32,000 nucleotides of DNA from Trichodesmium erythraeum IMS101 (lineage in GTDB: Bacteria > Cyanobacteriota > Cyanobacteriia > Cyanobacteriales > Microcoleaceae): contig NC_008312.1 of NCBI RefSeq assembly GCF_000014265.1, positions 2,550,001 through 2,582,000 of the forward strand. The letters are read 5' to 3'. A program made the position numbers and the translations under genes. This document shows positions 17,253 to 26,776 of this stretch, piece by piece. How positions within the stretch are numbered: the stretch's first letter is position 1; each line of letters begins with the position of its first letter. Under the pieces are notes generated by a model. That model made no database searches and was not told the origin of the DNA. It saw only the letters and a list, made by a program, of their open reading frames with translations.

Positions 17253-18158
17253 AGTTAATTGTTAATAATATTGCCCTAACTAGGTAATAAGTTATAATTT
17301 TAGTGCTCTACCAATACCTGCTGCAATAATTATTACGTATTTTGTTGCTATTTAATTTCTAGCATTTTTAATATAGTTTTTTTAGTCTGTTTTAAAAGTT
17401 TTTCTGGTTGTTCATGCTTTATTCCCAATAAACGGATGTGTCTTACATATTTGCAAAAAGCTCATTGATCAAGCACCCTATTGAGATCAGCATAAGGAAA
17501 AAAAAGACTCTTCGGAAGATTCTCAATCCAGCAGTTGTGAACTTGAAATTCTAACTCCTAGCGTTAGTCACTGTTGGTTATGATCTAGTATAATCTAGGA
17601 TAGCCTGTAAGTTTTCCGAGAACTGGAAAAAATATCAACTCAAAATAGCTCAATCACACAGCCAAATAGATAAGTATAGGGGTCTTTTATCTCTCTTTCA
17701 AGCCTCATATGAACCTCCTAACTTGTACAAATTTTTCTGAAGTGATATCAATCTGACATTTCCTTTCTTTGTTCAGTCTCTCTTATATCTTCAAACAAAT
17801 TCTAGAGTGCTTCATAAAACTGCTACAAAGATCAATAACAGGTAACATTTTAATATTTACTTCCTGCTTTAGCTAAGATAGTCGACTGCTACTCATCCAC
17901 AGGCATTAACACTCAAACCAACTCCATTTTTTACATTAATACTTGCATATCACAGTAGGACTCTTATGGACTGCCACACTTATTACCATCAGAAGTTCTC
18001 AGATTTAATGACATGTCTTTATTATTAGTTAACATAACTAGACTATCATATTCCTTTATTACTTGACTTGTAAACTAAGTCAAAACTACTAATTTCACAT
18101 CTGGTAACTCTAAAAACTATTTTTGTACTAACATCCATAATATCAAGCGTGAATAAAA

Positions 18159-18287
18159 AATATTATATCATGTCCGATTGAATGCTTACACTTTGGAGGA
18201 TTTTGACAGAAGGCAGAAGACAGAAGGATAGAATTGGCACTTACAGGAGAAAGTTTTTCATCACTGATTATCCGGACATAATATTAT
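18159..18287. repeat. Imperfect inverted-repeat-bounded ~129-bp element (MITE-like or structured RNA)
   Basis: The left arm is AATATTAT(ATCAT)GTCCG and the right arm is CGGACATAATATT. The interior carries a purine-rich reiteration, GACAGAAGGCAGAAGACAGAAGGA. Confidence 0.4.
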
Positions 18288-18703
18288 GAATAGTAAGTTC
18301 AATAAAAAGATTTGACATTCTTATATTCTTTTGATAAAAAAGATAATTTCCGACTTAAAAAATGGTACTAAAGCCAATTCATTCTAATCCTTCTGACTCG
18401 GTCCTCCTGGCTCCTAAAAAAATCCCCTTGGGTGTGGAAAGCTTGGGTTATCGAAAGTGTTTTTCGCACATCAGTAACCTTCTGTTGAGTTTTTCCCTCG
18501 TTCCCCATGGTGAAAAATTATCATACCCCCATATCTTTCACCATTACCAGATCACTACTACTAAAGTGTGGTAGAAGAATTAATACCAATCACCCTCCTA
18601 GGAGCTAGGGATGAATCCCCTACTCAAGAAAACTTAGAAAAGTTTTTGAGAAATGGTATAATTTAAGATTTTTTTTACTTTGAACTTCTATCTAGATTCA
18701 TCC

Positions 18704-19144
18704 CTATTCAAAGGTCTTCACCTGATTCGGATTTTTGAATAACTCAAAAATGTGATGAATTAGGTTCTTGAATTGTACTTGATGTTCAATATTAGGAGTT
18801 GATAGGCCAAAAAACGTCCAATCTTCTGTAGAAAACTGCCACTGCTGCTGTGTCAACATATAACCACATGCATGGACAGTTTGGAGTTGGCAGGTGGGCA
18901 GCAATAGATCTTGAGAAAAATTCACCTCCATTAAAACACATTGACATGCAAGGACTCTGAGGTTTTGTGGCAAATAGAAGCTCAAATCAATGGAGTGAGG
19001 ATCCAATTGAGACTGAGTTTGTTCGTCGGTAAGCCACGGACTTAGATCAACCGTTGATCCAGAAAATTCTGCTCGAAAAAGGAAAGCTAGGTGAGCAATC
19101 TTACTGGCTAGTTCGGGGGTAATTGCTTGGCTAGTTGCATTCAT
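18704..19144 (-). CDS. Hypothetical protein (146 aa)
   Basis: Clean ORF with visibly higher GC than the flanks, divergent from the aldolase gene. I recognise no motif. Confidence 0.6.
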   Translation of the reverse strand: MNATSQAITPELASKIAHLAFLFRAEFSGSTVDLSPWLTDEQTQSQLDPHSIDLSFYLPQNLRVLACQCVLMEVNFSQDLLLPTCQLQTVHACGYMLTQQQWQFSTEDWTFFGLSTPNIEHQVQFKNLIHHIFELFKNPNQVKTFE

Positions 19145-19443
19145 AGAACTTTATACAAGTTAAATCTTAAATCTAATTTTTTTTATTAATAGAAATACTT
19201 TTCAATAATATAATTAATAAATATGCTTCATAAACTCACATAGATTTTTCCGAAAAGCGATGATATGGGAATATTGTAGAGTATAAAGCTGATACAGCAA
19301 ACAATCGGGAAAAAAACTACTGTGGCCCAGCAACAACTTTTCTTTCATAGGTTAAATATTGAAAAAAATTTTTATTTGATTAAGGTTCTTATTAAGATAT
19401 TATATCAATAAGGAACAACTATGCAATTACCTTGAGGAGGTTT

Positions 19444-20484
19444 ATGAGCCCATATTTAGAGGAGCTAAAAGTAACAGCTCAAGCAATGGTGGCCAAAGGC
19501 AAAGGCATTTTGGCTATGGATGAAAGTAATGGAACTTGCAATAAGCGGTTTGAGAAGCTTGGCATTCCAACGACCGAAGAGTATCGACAGGCCTATCGGC
19601 AACTCATTCTAACAACCCCAGATTTATCTAATTACATTAGTGGACCTATTCTCTACGATGAGACTATCCGACAATCGACAACAGAGGGAGTCCCCTTCTT
19701 GAAAGTCATTACCGATGCTGGAATGATCCCCGGAATTAAAGTGGACACTGGGGCAAAGAATTTAGCAAATCACCCTAATGAGAAGGTAACAGAAGGGTTA
19801 GATGGTTTGGGAGAGCGCATCGCCGAGTATTATCAGATGGGAGCACGCTTCGCCAAGTGGCGAGCGGTCATTACTATCGGTGACGGAATTCCCAGTCGTG
19901 CTTGTATCGAAGCTAATGCTCATGGCCTTGCTCGCTATGCTGCTCTCTGCCAAGAAGGGGGACTTGTCCCGATCGTAGAACCTGAGGTGCTTATTGACGG
20001 TAATCATACTCTAGAGCGCTGCTTTGAGGTAACAGATGAAACACTTCATACAGTTTTCAATCATCTCTATACTCAAGGGGTTGCTTTTGACCAGATGATT
20101 TTGAAACCTAGTATGGTAATTCCAGGTAAGGACTGCCCGACTCAAGTTAGTGTTGAGGCTGTTGCTGAAGCAACAATTAACTGTCTCCTAAAAAATGTCC
20201 CTGTAACTGTAGCAGGTATTGCTTTCCTTTCGGGAGGTCAATCTATAGAGCAGTCTTCAGCTCACTTAAACGCAATGAATGCATTGTTTGGCAGTCGGTG
20301 CCCTTGGCCAGTTACATTCTCTTATGCCCGTGCTATTCAACAACCTGCACTTGATTACTGGAGTGGTGACAGTGCTCGGGTAGCAGAGGCTCAACAGAAG
20401 CTTTTAGCTCGTGCTAAGTGCAACAGTGCTGCTAGCGTTGGCGAATACTCGGCTAGCATGGATGAAACACCTGTTCTCGTCTAA
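19444..20484 (+). CDS. fda: Fructose-bisphosphate aldolase, class I
   Basis: Class I signatures are present: GKGILAMDESNGTCNKRFEKLG and the Schiff-base lysine context MILKPSMV. The track ORF starts at TTG 19432. I prefer ATG 19444, which is preceded by GAGGAGG (19434-19440). Confidence 0.93.
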   Translation: MSPYLEELKVTAQAMVAKGKGILAMDESNGTCNKRFEKLGIPTTEEYRQAYRQLILTTPDLSNYISGPILYDETIRQSTTEGVPFLKVITDAGMIPGIKVDTGAKNLANHPNEKVTEGLDGLGERIAEYYQMGARFAKWRAVITIGDGIPSRACIEANAHGLARYAALCQEGGLVPIVEPEVLIDGNHTLERCFEVTDETLHTVFNHLYTQGVAFDQMILKPSMVIPGKDCPTQVSVEAVAEATINCLLKNVPVTVAGIAFLSGGQSIEQSSAHLNAMNALFGSRCPWPVTFSYARAIQQPALDYWSGDSARVAEAQQKLLARAKCNSAASVGEYSASMDETPVLV

Positions 20485-20535
20485 TATTTTCACTGTTGTC
20501 TCATAACTGTAAACACTTTTCTGTGTGGAGTATTT

Positions 20536-20567
20536 CTGGGGACAGCATTGTTCCCAGATCCTTTTTC
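20536..20567 (+). terminator. Candidate rho-independent terminator of the aldolase gene
   Basis: Hairpin CTGGGGACA-GCAT-TGTTCCCAG (one G-T wobble pair) followed by ATCCTTTTT, about 50 nt after the stop codon. Confidence 0.5.
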
Positions 20568-20725
20568 ATTACAGCTAATTTGAAGTTTAAACCTTTCATC
20601 TAAGAAGCAAAGTTAATTCGAATTAGAAAATGCTTCTGTTTTTCACAAGAGGAAATCAAAAGTCTAGACTGGGATCTTAACGCAACATGAATGCATTTTT
20701 GTTATACAACGTTCCTACAGAGGAA

Positions 20726-21627
20726 TAGACATCTCCAAAATAAAAATTAAGGTATAATTGTCATGAAAATTTTGTAAAAATTATATACTCATGACTCAGA
20801 TATTAGAATATATTAAGAACCACCCAAAAGAAACAAAAAGAGTTATTGGGATTACCGATGAGCAATTTGAAAAATTAGTAGGAAATGCTTAAAAACTTGC
20901 ATTAAAAAAAAGACAGGCGATCGCTAGTCAAGAACAAAGACTAATTAAGGCAGGAGGAGGAAGAAAAAAAAGCTTAAAAGTCGAGTAATAAATCATCTTA
21001 ACTTTATACTATTTACGCCATTTTCCCACATTCCAAATACTAGGAATATGCTTTGGTGTCAGTGAGTCAACGGCAAATAATATTTTTTACCTTGTGGATA
21101 GATATATTACAAGAGTTACTGCCTAGTAGCTTGTTAGAACAATTTCAAAAAAAAAGAAGACGAATATTTATGGATACAAGAAATTTTAACAGAACAAGAA
21201 TTAATTGTAGATATTACATAACAAACCATATATAGGCTATACTCTGATGATAAACAGAAAAAATATTACTCTGGAAAAAAGAAAAATTATACATTAAAAA
21301 ACCAAATAATAACGACAGAAAAAGGTACAGAAATAGTAGATGTAATTGTCGGGAAAAGAGGTCCATAAAGCGATGTAAATTTACTCATAAAACAACAAAA
21401 AAACTTTGATAAAGAACAAAAATTTTAGTGAGATAAAGGGTGTCAAGGAGCACAGAGGACTATGACACCCAAAACAAAGCCTAGAAAACAAGAAATGTCG
21501 CCAGAAATGAAAGAAGATAACTTGAAATTAGCTAAAAAAAGAATATTCGTGGAACATGTTATTAGGTTGCTCAAAATATTTGGGATAGCTTGATATTGGT
21601 TCAAATTAAAGGAATATAATTATGAAT
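20726..21627 (+). mobile_element. IS-A copy 1 (IS5-superfamily, HTH_Tnp_4 + DDE_Tnp_4 type), 5' part, decayed
   Basis: The left terminus is TAGACATCTCCAAAATAAAAATTAAGG. The transposase frame starts at ATG 20791 (MTQILEYIKNHPKETKRVIGITDEQFEKLVGNA*...) and contains several in-frame TAA stops and frameshifts. YYSGKKKNYTLKNQ and RIFVEHVIRLLKIFGIA are recognisable. Confidence 0.8.
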
Positions 21628-22525
21628 TTGATAATTATTATCTTTTAATCTGAATCTTTCTCTAGCAATTCTAAATATTTTAATTAATCTTATTATATGT
21701 TCTACAAATATTCTCTTTCTGGCTTTTTCTTGATTTTCTTCTTTGATTTCTAGCGGCATTTCTTTTTTTCTTGGTTTCTTTTTTGGTGTAGTAGTTCTTT
21801 CTATTCCTTCATAAGCTTTATCTCCTTAAAATTTTTGTTTTTTATCAAATTTATCCTGTTGTTTTCTTAATATCTTTACCTCACTTACTGGACCTTTTTC
21901 TCCTACTATTACATCTACTATTTCTGTTCCTTTTGGTGTCGTTATTATTTAATTTTTAAAAGTATGATTTTTCTTTTTTCATATTTAATATTTTTCTTGG
22001 TCTTTATATTCACTTGGTCTTTCTCTACTTTGTTCTGTACTATCTACAATTAATTCTAATTCTGTTAATATCTCCTTTACCCATTCCAATTCATTTTCTT
22101 TTTTTTTACTTGTTCTAATAAACTTGCTGGCAGTAATTTTCTGAAAATATCTATCCAGTAATGAAAAATATTATTAGCACTTGATTCACTTATACCAAAG
22201 TTAATTCCTAATGTTTGAAAACTTGGTATTTCATGTAAATAAAATAACGTTAAAATTATTTCTTCTTCCTTTGTTAAATTCTTTTTTCTGACTCCACCTG
22301 CTTTAATTAGTCTTTTTTCTGTTTTGGCGATTGCCTCCTTTTTCTCTGATTCTATTATTTGGGCATTTGCTATTAATTTTATTAGCTGTTCATAAGTAAT
22401 GCCAATAATTCTTTTTGTTTCTTTTGGATGATTATAAATATATTCTAAAGTTGGATTCATTTGGGAGACTTCATACATAAATGGTTTTGATAATTTTACC
22501 TTATTTTCTATTTTGGAGATGTCTA
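21628..22525 (-). mobile_element. IS-A copy 2, inverted and 3'-truncated. The N-terminal HTH part is still open (22077..22460).
   Basis: The terminus TTTTGGAGATGTCTA at 22511-22525 is the reverse complement of the copy 1 left end. The ORF from the internal Met at 22460 reads MNPTLEYIYNHPKETKRIIGITYEQLIKLIANAQII...; the extra N-terminal 39 aa of the track ORF read through the IS end. The DDE part (21628-22076) is decayed. Confidence 0.8.
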
Positions 22526-22716
22526 TTAATATTAGTATGAACCCTACTATATGTAGAAAAGAAGATAACAAAAACAATAGCTCAATATGGTGAATAATTA
22601 ACAGTAACTATCTCTAACACCATAAAGTATGTAAAAAATGACTATCTGGGGGATTAGGCGCTAATTCCTTGAAAGATAGTCACAGTAAGGGAAGTGAGTA
22701 TTTTTGGAGATGTCTA
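22526..22716 (+). mobile_element. IS-A 3'-terminal non-coding fragment with internal hairpin, ending in the right IR
   Basis: It is colinear with 27993-28006 + 28958-29110 + 30200-30221 of copy 3 (..AACAGTAACTATCT..AAAGATAGT(C/T)ACAGTAAGGGAAGTGA..TTTTTGGAGATGTCTA). Confidence 0.75.
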
Positions 22717-23396
22717 ATAGGGAAAGTATAGATGAGGTAGTTGGATATACTTGTCCCTTAATTTTTCAGTAGTGTATCACTAAAGTGTGGGATAAGTAAT
22801 TAAGTCGTTCCCACTCCAAGGAGCGATCGCTTTTCATCCCAAAGTACAGTTGAGTAGGGTGGTAAGTCACACTATTTACAATCACTCTTTAATTTATCAA
22901 GATATCATCTAGAATTTGTATCTGGCTCCAGAATGTTGAGCAAGTTTTCTGATTTTTTGGTATGGTATGGTTCAATAAGGACTCATTCTTTATCTGTCAA
23001 ACTGCTTGAATATGGCATTTATCTAACTCTTGTTTATGATAATTGGCGATCGCTACTTAACTATTTACTTAAGTAAATGCCTTTTCCTCAAAAGATACCA
23101 AATGGTTTTTATAAGGCTGGTGATGATGAAAAAGATAACAGGTCGATACTCACACTAGGGATATGTGCAGTTGCTGATTCATCTCGCTCAGACTCTTGAA
23201 ATATAATTTGGTTTCGCGGTAATACTGACCATGAATATTGCCAATGGTAACAGGCATAAAATCTTCCTAAATTGATCGATCAGGCTCAGAATTTACTTTA
23301 GAGAAATATATACCATAACTTACCCACACATATAAAATTATGCACCATTTATAGGGCGCTTAACAGGCGTTAATTTCCTAGAATATTTGGTGGTTA

Positions 23397-23409
23397 TGCG
23401 TAAGTCCTG
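23397..23409. mobile_element. Solo terminal repeat TGCGTAAGTCCTG, identical to the right IR of IS-C
   Basis: An exact 13-mer match to 26764-26776 and the reverse complement of 25398-25410. I recognised no transposase remnant to its left. Confidence 0.5.
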
Positions 23410-23430
23410 ATGCAATTTAATTGAGATTAA

Positions 23431-24458
23431 TAGAGTTGTTGGGAAATAAGGTAAAATAATTTCAGAAAAAATTTGCCATAAAAATGCTAAATATTGAACG
23501 AGCCTTAAAACAAGACAGATTACTCAGAGCATTAACACCCATTAAACCGTAAAGCATTTGAATCTTTCTTGGAGTCCTTTGGGCAAATGTATGAGCAAAC
23601 ATTGCACTCGCTCACCTCGTCAACGCTCTGTTGGAGGAGGTCTTTTGGCTCGTTTACGCACTCTACAAGACAAATTGTTTGACATTCTCTTCTACTTTAA
23701 ATGTTACCCGACTTTTGACTTAGCTGGTATCTTGTTTGATATCGACCGTAGTCAAGCACATTATTGGGTTCATCGCTTACAAACTATGTTAGAAGCAGCC
23801 TTGGGAGAAAAAAAGGCGCGATGCATTGCGTCAAATTAACAGTGTCCAAGGATTCATAGAGCGTTTCCCTCGAGTAGAACGAGTGATAATGGATGGCACA
23901 GAACGGCCAGTACAAAGACCAACTCACTCTGAAAAACCAAAACTGAATTATTCAGGAAAAAAAAAGCGTCACACTCGCAAACATCTAGTAGCAGTTAATC
24001 AAAACAAGAAAGTGCTGGTATTGAGTCAGGCACGAGAAGGAAAGCTGCATGAAGTCGAAGTTCCATGACCAGGAAAAATTGATAGGAAATATACCTCTAG
24101 AGATTCCGATAGAAGTAGACAGTGGTTTCCAAGGTCTCCACGCATCAGTATGAAAATATCCGAATCCCCCATAAAAAACCAAAAGGGGGAGAGTTAAGTG
24201 AGCAACAAAAACAGATTTTCGGAAATTGAGTCAATCAAGGGTAGTCTGTGAAAACGCCTTGGCGGGCGTCAAGCGTTATGGAGCTATCAGTCAGATTTAT
24301 CGTAATCACAAGTATGATTTTGATGACAAATTAATGCTAACAGCAACTGGTGAGTGGAACTTATATCTGATGACAGCATAAGTAGTCAAATTACTAGGGA
24401 AATATGTCAAGTTTTCGTTTGAGTTTTTTCTCTCCTAAGTTATTTCCCAACAACTCTA
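23431..24458 (+). mobile_element. IS-B: IS5-superfamily (DDE_Tnp_4-type) element with a frameshifted transposase
   Basis: A perfect 19-bp IR: TAGAGTTGTTGGGAAATAA (23431-23449) and TTATTTCCCAACAACTCTA (24440-24458). The coding sequence starts at ATG 23484 (MLNIERALKQDRLLRAL..) and is split across at least 3 frames (track ORFs 23558..23839 and 23826..24068). NYSGKKKRHTRKH and VCENALAGVKRYGAISQIYRN are readable. Confidence 0.85.
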
Positions 24459-24510
24459 ATATCAACTTACCAGAGAACCGAAAATCAGTTGTTTGTTTAA
24501 GATATTTTTT

Positions 24511-25359
24511 TTAGTTCTGATTTCGGAATGACAATTTAACGATCGATGACGCGAGAATATTTTTTAGAGGAGTAAAAGACAATATTAATAAAGATAACCA
24601 TTTCATTACACCACGAGGATAGTTATCATAACCAATATCAACTATTTCCTCTATATTTGTTAACCAACTATTAAGGGTTGATTGTACTTCGTTACCATTA
24701 AGTCCCCAAGGCATTTGAGGAACTGTATAGTTTTTAGTTAGTTTCCAACCTTGGGTTGACATAGTTTTGCGTGATACCCAATGAGGAACAATATCAAACA
24801 TTAAATAACCTTGATTAAATGTATTGGCAATATCTTGAATAATTAACTTAACCTCTTCTAGAGGTAAATACATAAATAAACCTTGGGCAGTTATAAAAAC
24901 TGGTTTATCTAACGGTACATAATCAAACCACCCACTATCTAATGCTGACATAGAGATATGTAAATGTCTTTGATCAGGTTTAATGAACTGCTCCCTGATT
25001 TTTATCGCTTCAGGAACATCGACCGTCAACCATAACCCTTGTTCCTTAGCAATTCGGAAACGGTGTGTTTCTAAGCCTTCTCCTAAATTTACAATTGTGC
25101 CATCAGGATATGTACTCAAAAATTTATTAATTTCTCGATCAAAAATAATTGACCTAATAGCAAAGCCAGTATACATTGCCCGCCATAGAGTTCCAAAACT
25201 TGCCTCATAATCATAATCAATTGAATTATAAATTTCTATCGCTTTTTCATCTTTAATAATAGCGTCTTCACGCATTGCTTCTACTGCTCTACCGTATAAA
25301 GTTGCCAACATCGTCTCTGGTACACCTGTTAACATAGATTTAATTTGTGATAGTGCCAT
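24511..25359 (-). CDS. SAM-dependent O-methyltransferase, TcmP / leucine-carboxyl-methyltransferase (LCM) family
   Basis: 282-aa intact ORF. The N-terminus GVPETMLATLYGRAVEA and the SAM-site motif VNLGEGLETHRF are typical of TcmP-like methyltransferases as I recall them. Confidence 0.8.
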   Translation of the reverse strand: MALSQIKSMLTGVPETMLATLYGRAVEAMREDAIIKDEKAIEIYNSIDYDYEASFGTLWRAMYTGFAIRSIIFDREINKFLSTYPDGTIVNLGEGLETHRFRIAKEQGLWLTVDVPEAIKIREQFIKPDQRHLHISMSALDSGWFDYVPLDKPVFITAQGLFMYLPLEEVKLIIQDIANTFNQGYLMFDIVPHWVSRKTMSTQGWKLTKNYTVPQMPWGLNGNEVQSTLNSWLTNIEEIVDIGYDNYPRGVMKWLSLLILSFTPLKNILASSIVKLSFRNQN

Positions 25360-25397
25360 TTCTATTTATTACTTGCCTATTTTTGTGTTTATTAAAT

Positions 25398-26776
25398 CAG
25401 GACTTACGCAAAGACACTATATATAGCGCATGACAACTTCGACGAACTTCACTATAGTCATGTGCGTTAGCGGAGCTTTGCGTTAGCAATCGCCTAACTA
25501 TTTTGACTCAAAAAACCTTGAGTTTTTCAAGTCAAATAACTTTCATTTTAATTGAAGGATTTTTCAATTGATCCGTTAGATATTTTGATAATAATTCATG
25601 CTTAACTTGATAAATACTTTTACCTATTTTAGTAGCAAATCTTTTTAAGAAGTTCCACGCTAACATTGCACAAACAATATGATTTTTCTGAATTATTCGC
25701 AGACGACACTGACAAAATCCTCAACCTGTTAATTGCTTAATTTCTCTATTAAATTCTTCGATTTTCCATCGAGTTTGAGATTCAAACTCTACATCATAAG
25801 AGTGATGATTGAGTCAAGTCATTAGTGACAATATATTCTGCTGAAGTTGGCAGATACACCTAATCCAAAATATTTTCACCTTTTGGCAGAGTGGAAACCC
25901 TTTAATTTTAATTATTTTTCCTGACTTTTTTTCAGCTTCATTCCAATTTAAATCTTGAACTTTTTTGTATTTTTCTGCACCTCGTGTATCATCAAAGCGC
26001 GCGATTACTTTTTAAAGGACAGTAGTAAATTTTTCCTAAGTTATCTATTAATCCCATTAATCTTTGTGTTGCATACCCAAATCCATTAATACTGTTTTAA
26101 ATGGTATTTTCTTATTATTTATGGCATTAAGTATCATTTCTTCAACACTCTTCTATTTTTGTTTTCTTGTCAGTATCTGGGTCATAAATTCTATAATCTA
26201 TAATCCATAATTGTTCATTTTGGGGATTAAAATATACACAATTAACTATTCCAAGACCCACGAACTTCGCAGCTGATAGAACGCAAACAACTTGATGAAC
26301 CTATACCACTATATTGTCGTCGTGTAAGTTCAATATTATATCCATACTTTTTATTAATTACTGTGTCATCAAAAATTAAATAAGCTTCGGTATCACCAAA
26401 CAAATTCTTCTTGAACATTTCGCCATAAATCTTCTGAATTTAAAGACTCTGCTCTTAAATAGCGATTTATTGTATCATGGCTAATATTTTCACTCTGGAT
26501 TTGCGGCGTAGCGTTATAGTAAAATTTGTGTGAGATTTAAGTAAATATTGACAGTAGTCAACAAAATTAAAATTCATATTTTTGAACTAATATAATCCTG
26601 TCATTATCATCTAATAATTAAAGCTTTTTAGCAAGTTAACTTAACCTAATTGTAACTTTGTTTAAAGATACATTAAAAGTAATATCTATCTGAAAAAAAA
26701 CTAATTATAGTATGGAGAATTTCATATCGACAGTACGCTATATATAGCGTACTTGCGTAAGTCCTGTAAATGATAA
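25398..26776 (-). mobile_element. IS-C: IS4-superfamily (IS701-like) element with a heavily decayed transposase
   Basis: The IRs are CAGGACTTACGCAA..CACTATATATAGCG and CGCTATATATAGCG..TTGCGTAAGTCCTG. A 5-bp direct repeat TAAAT flanks both ends (25393-25397 and 26777-26781). Minus-strand remnants read MNFNFVDYCQYLL.., LIFDDTVINKKYGYNIELTRRQYSG and RWKIEEFNREIKQLTG..CQCR, with many stops. The family assignment is approximate. Confidence 0.75.

Noticed and set aside
18362..18574. 70-aa ORF in the long ORF-free span
   Set aside because: The sequence is low-information, no start context is recognisable, and it is an isolated short ORF in a region otherwise devoid of coding signal.
18553..18627. 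Possible dispersed repeat shared with 22777..22850 (seed CACTAAAGTGTGG)
   Set aside because: There is only a 13-nt exact seed, followed by patchy similarity of about 60% by eye over about 75 nt. I could not define ends or structure, and a genome-wide count is needed before calling it a repeat family.
18629..18646. Hairpin AAAACTT-AGAA-AAGTTTT downstream of the 146-aa gene
   Set aside because: The stem consists almost entirely of A-T pairs. On the minus strand, which is the relevant one, it is not followed by a U-tract.
21053..21235. Short ORFs within IS debris: 21053..21235, 23985..24182, 27379..27576, 27393..27608, 30006..30242 and 30435..30728
   Set aside because: They are fragments or antisense shadows of decayed transposase genes, or they read across IS ends. 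They are covered by the mobile-element features instead.
22717..23396. 680-bp non-IS spacer between the IS-A end and the solo IS-C-type end, considered as a decayed IS-C body
   Set aside because: I could not recognise transposase remnants in any frame, and there is no similarity to the IS-C interior beyond the terminal 13-mer.
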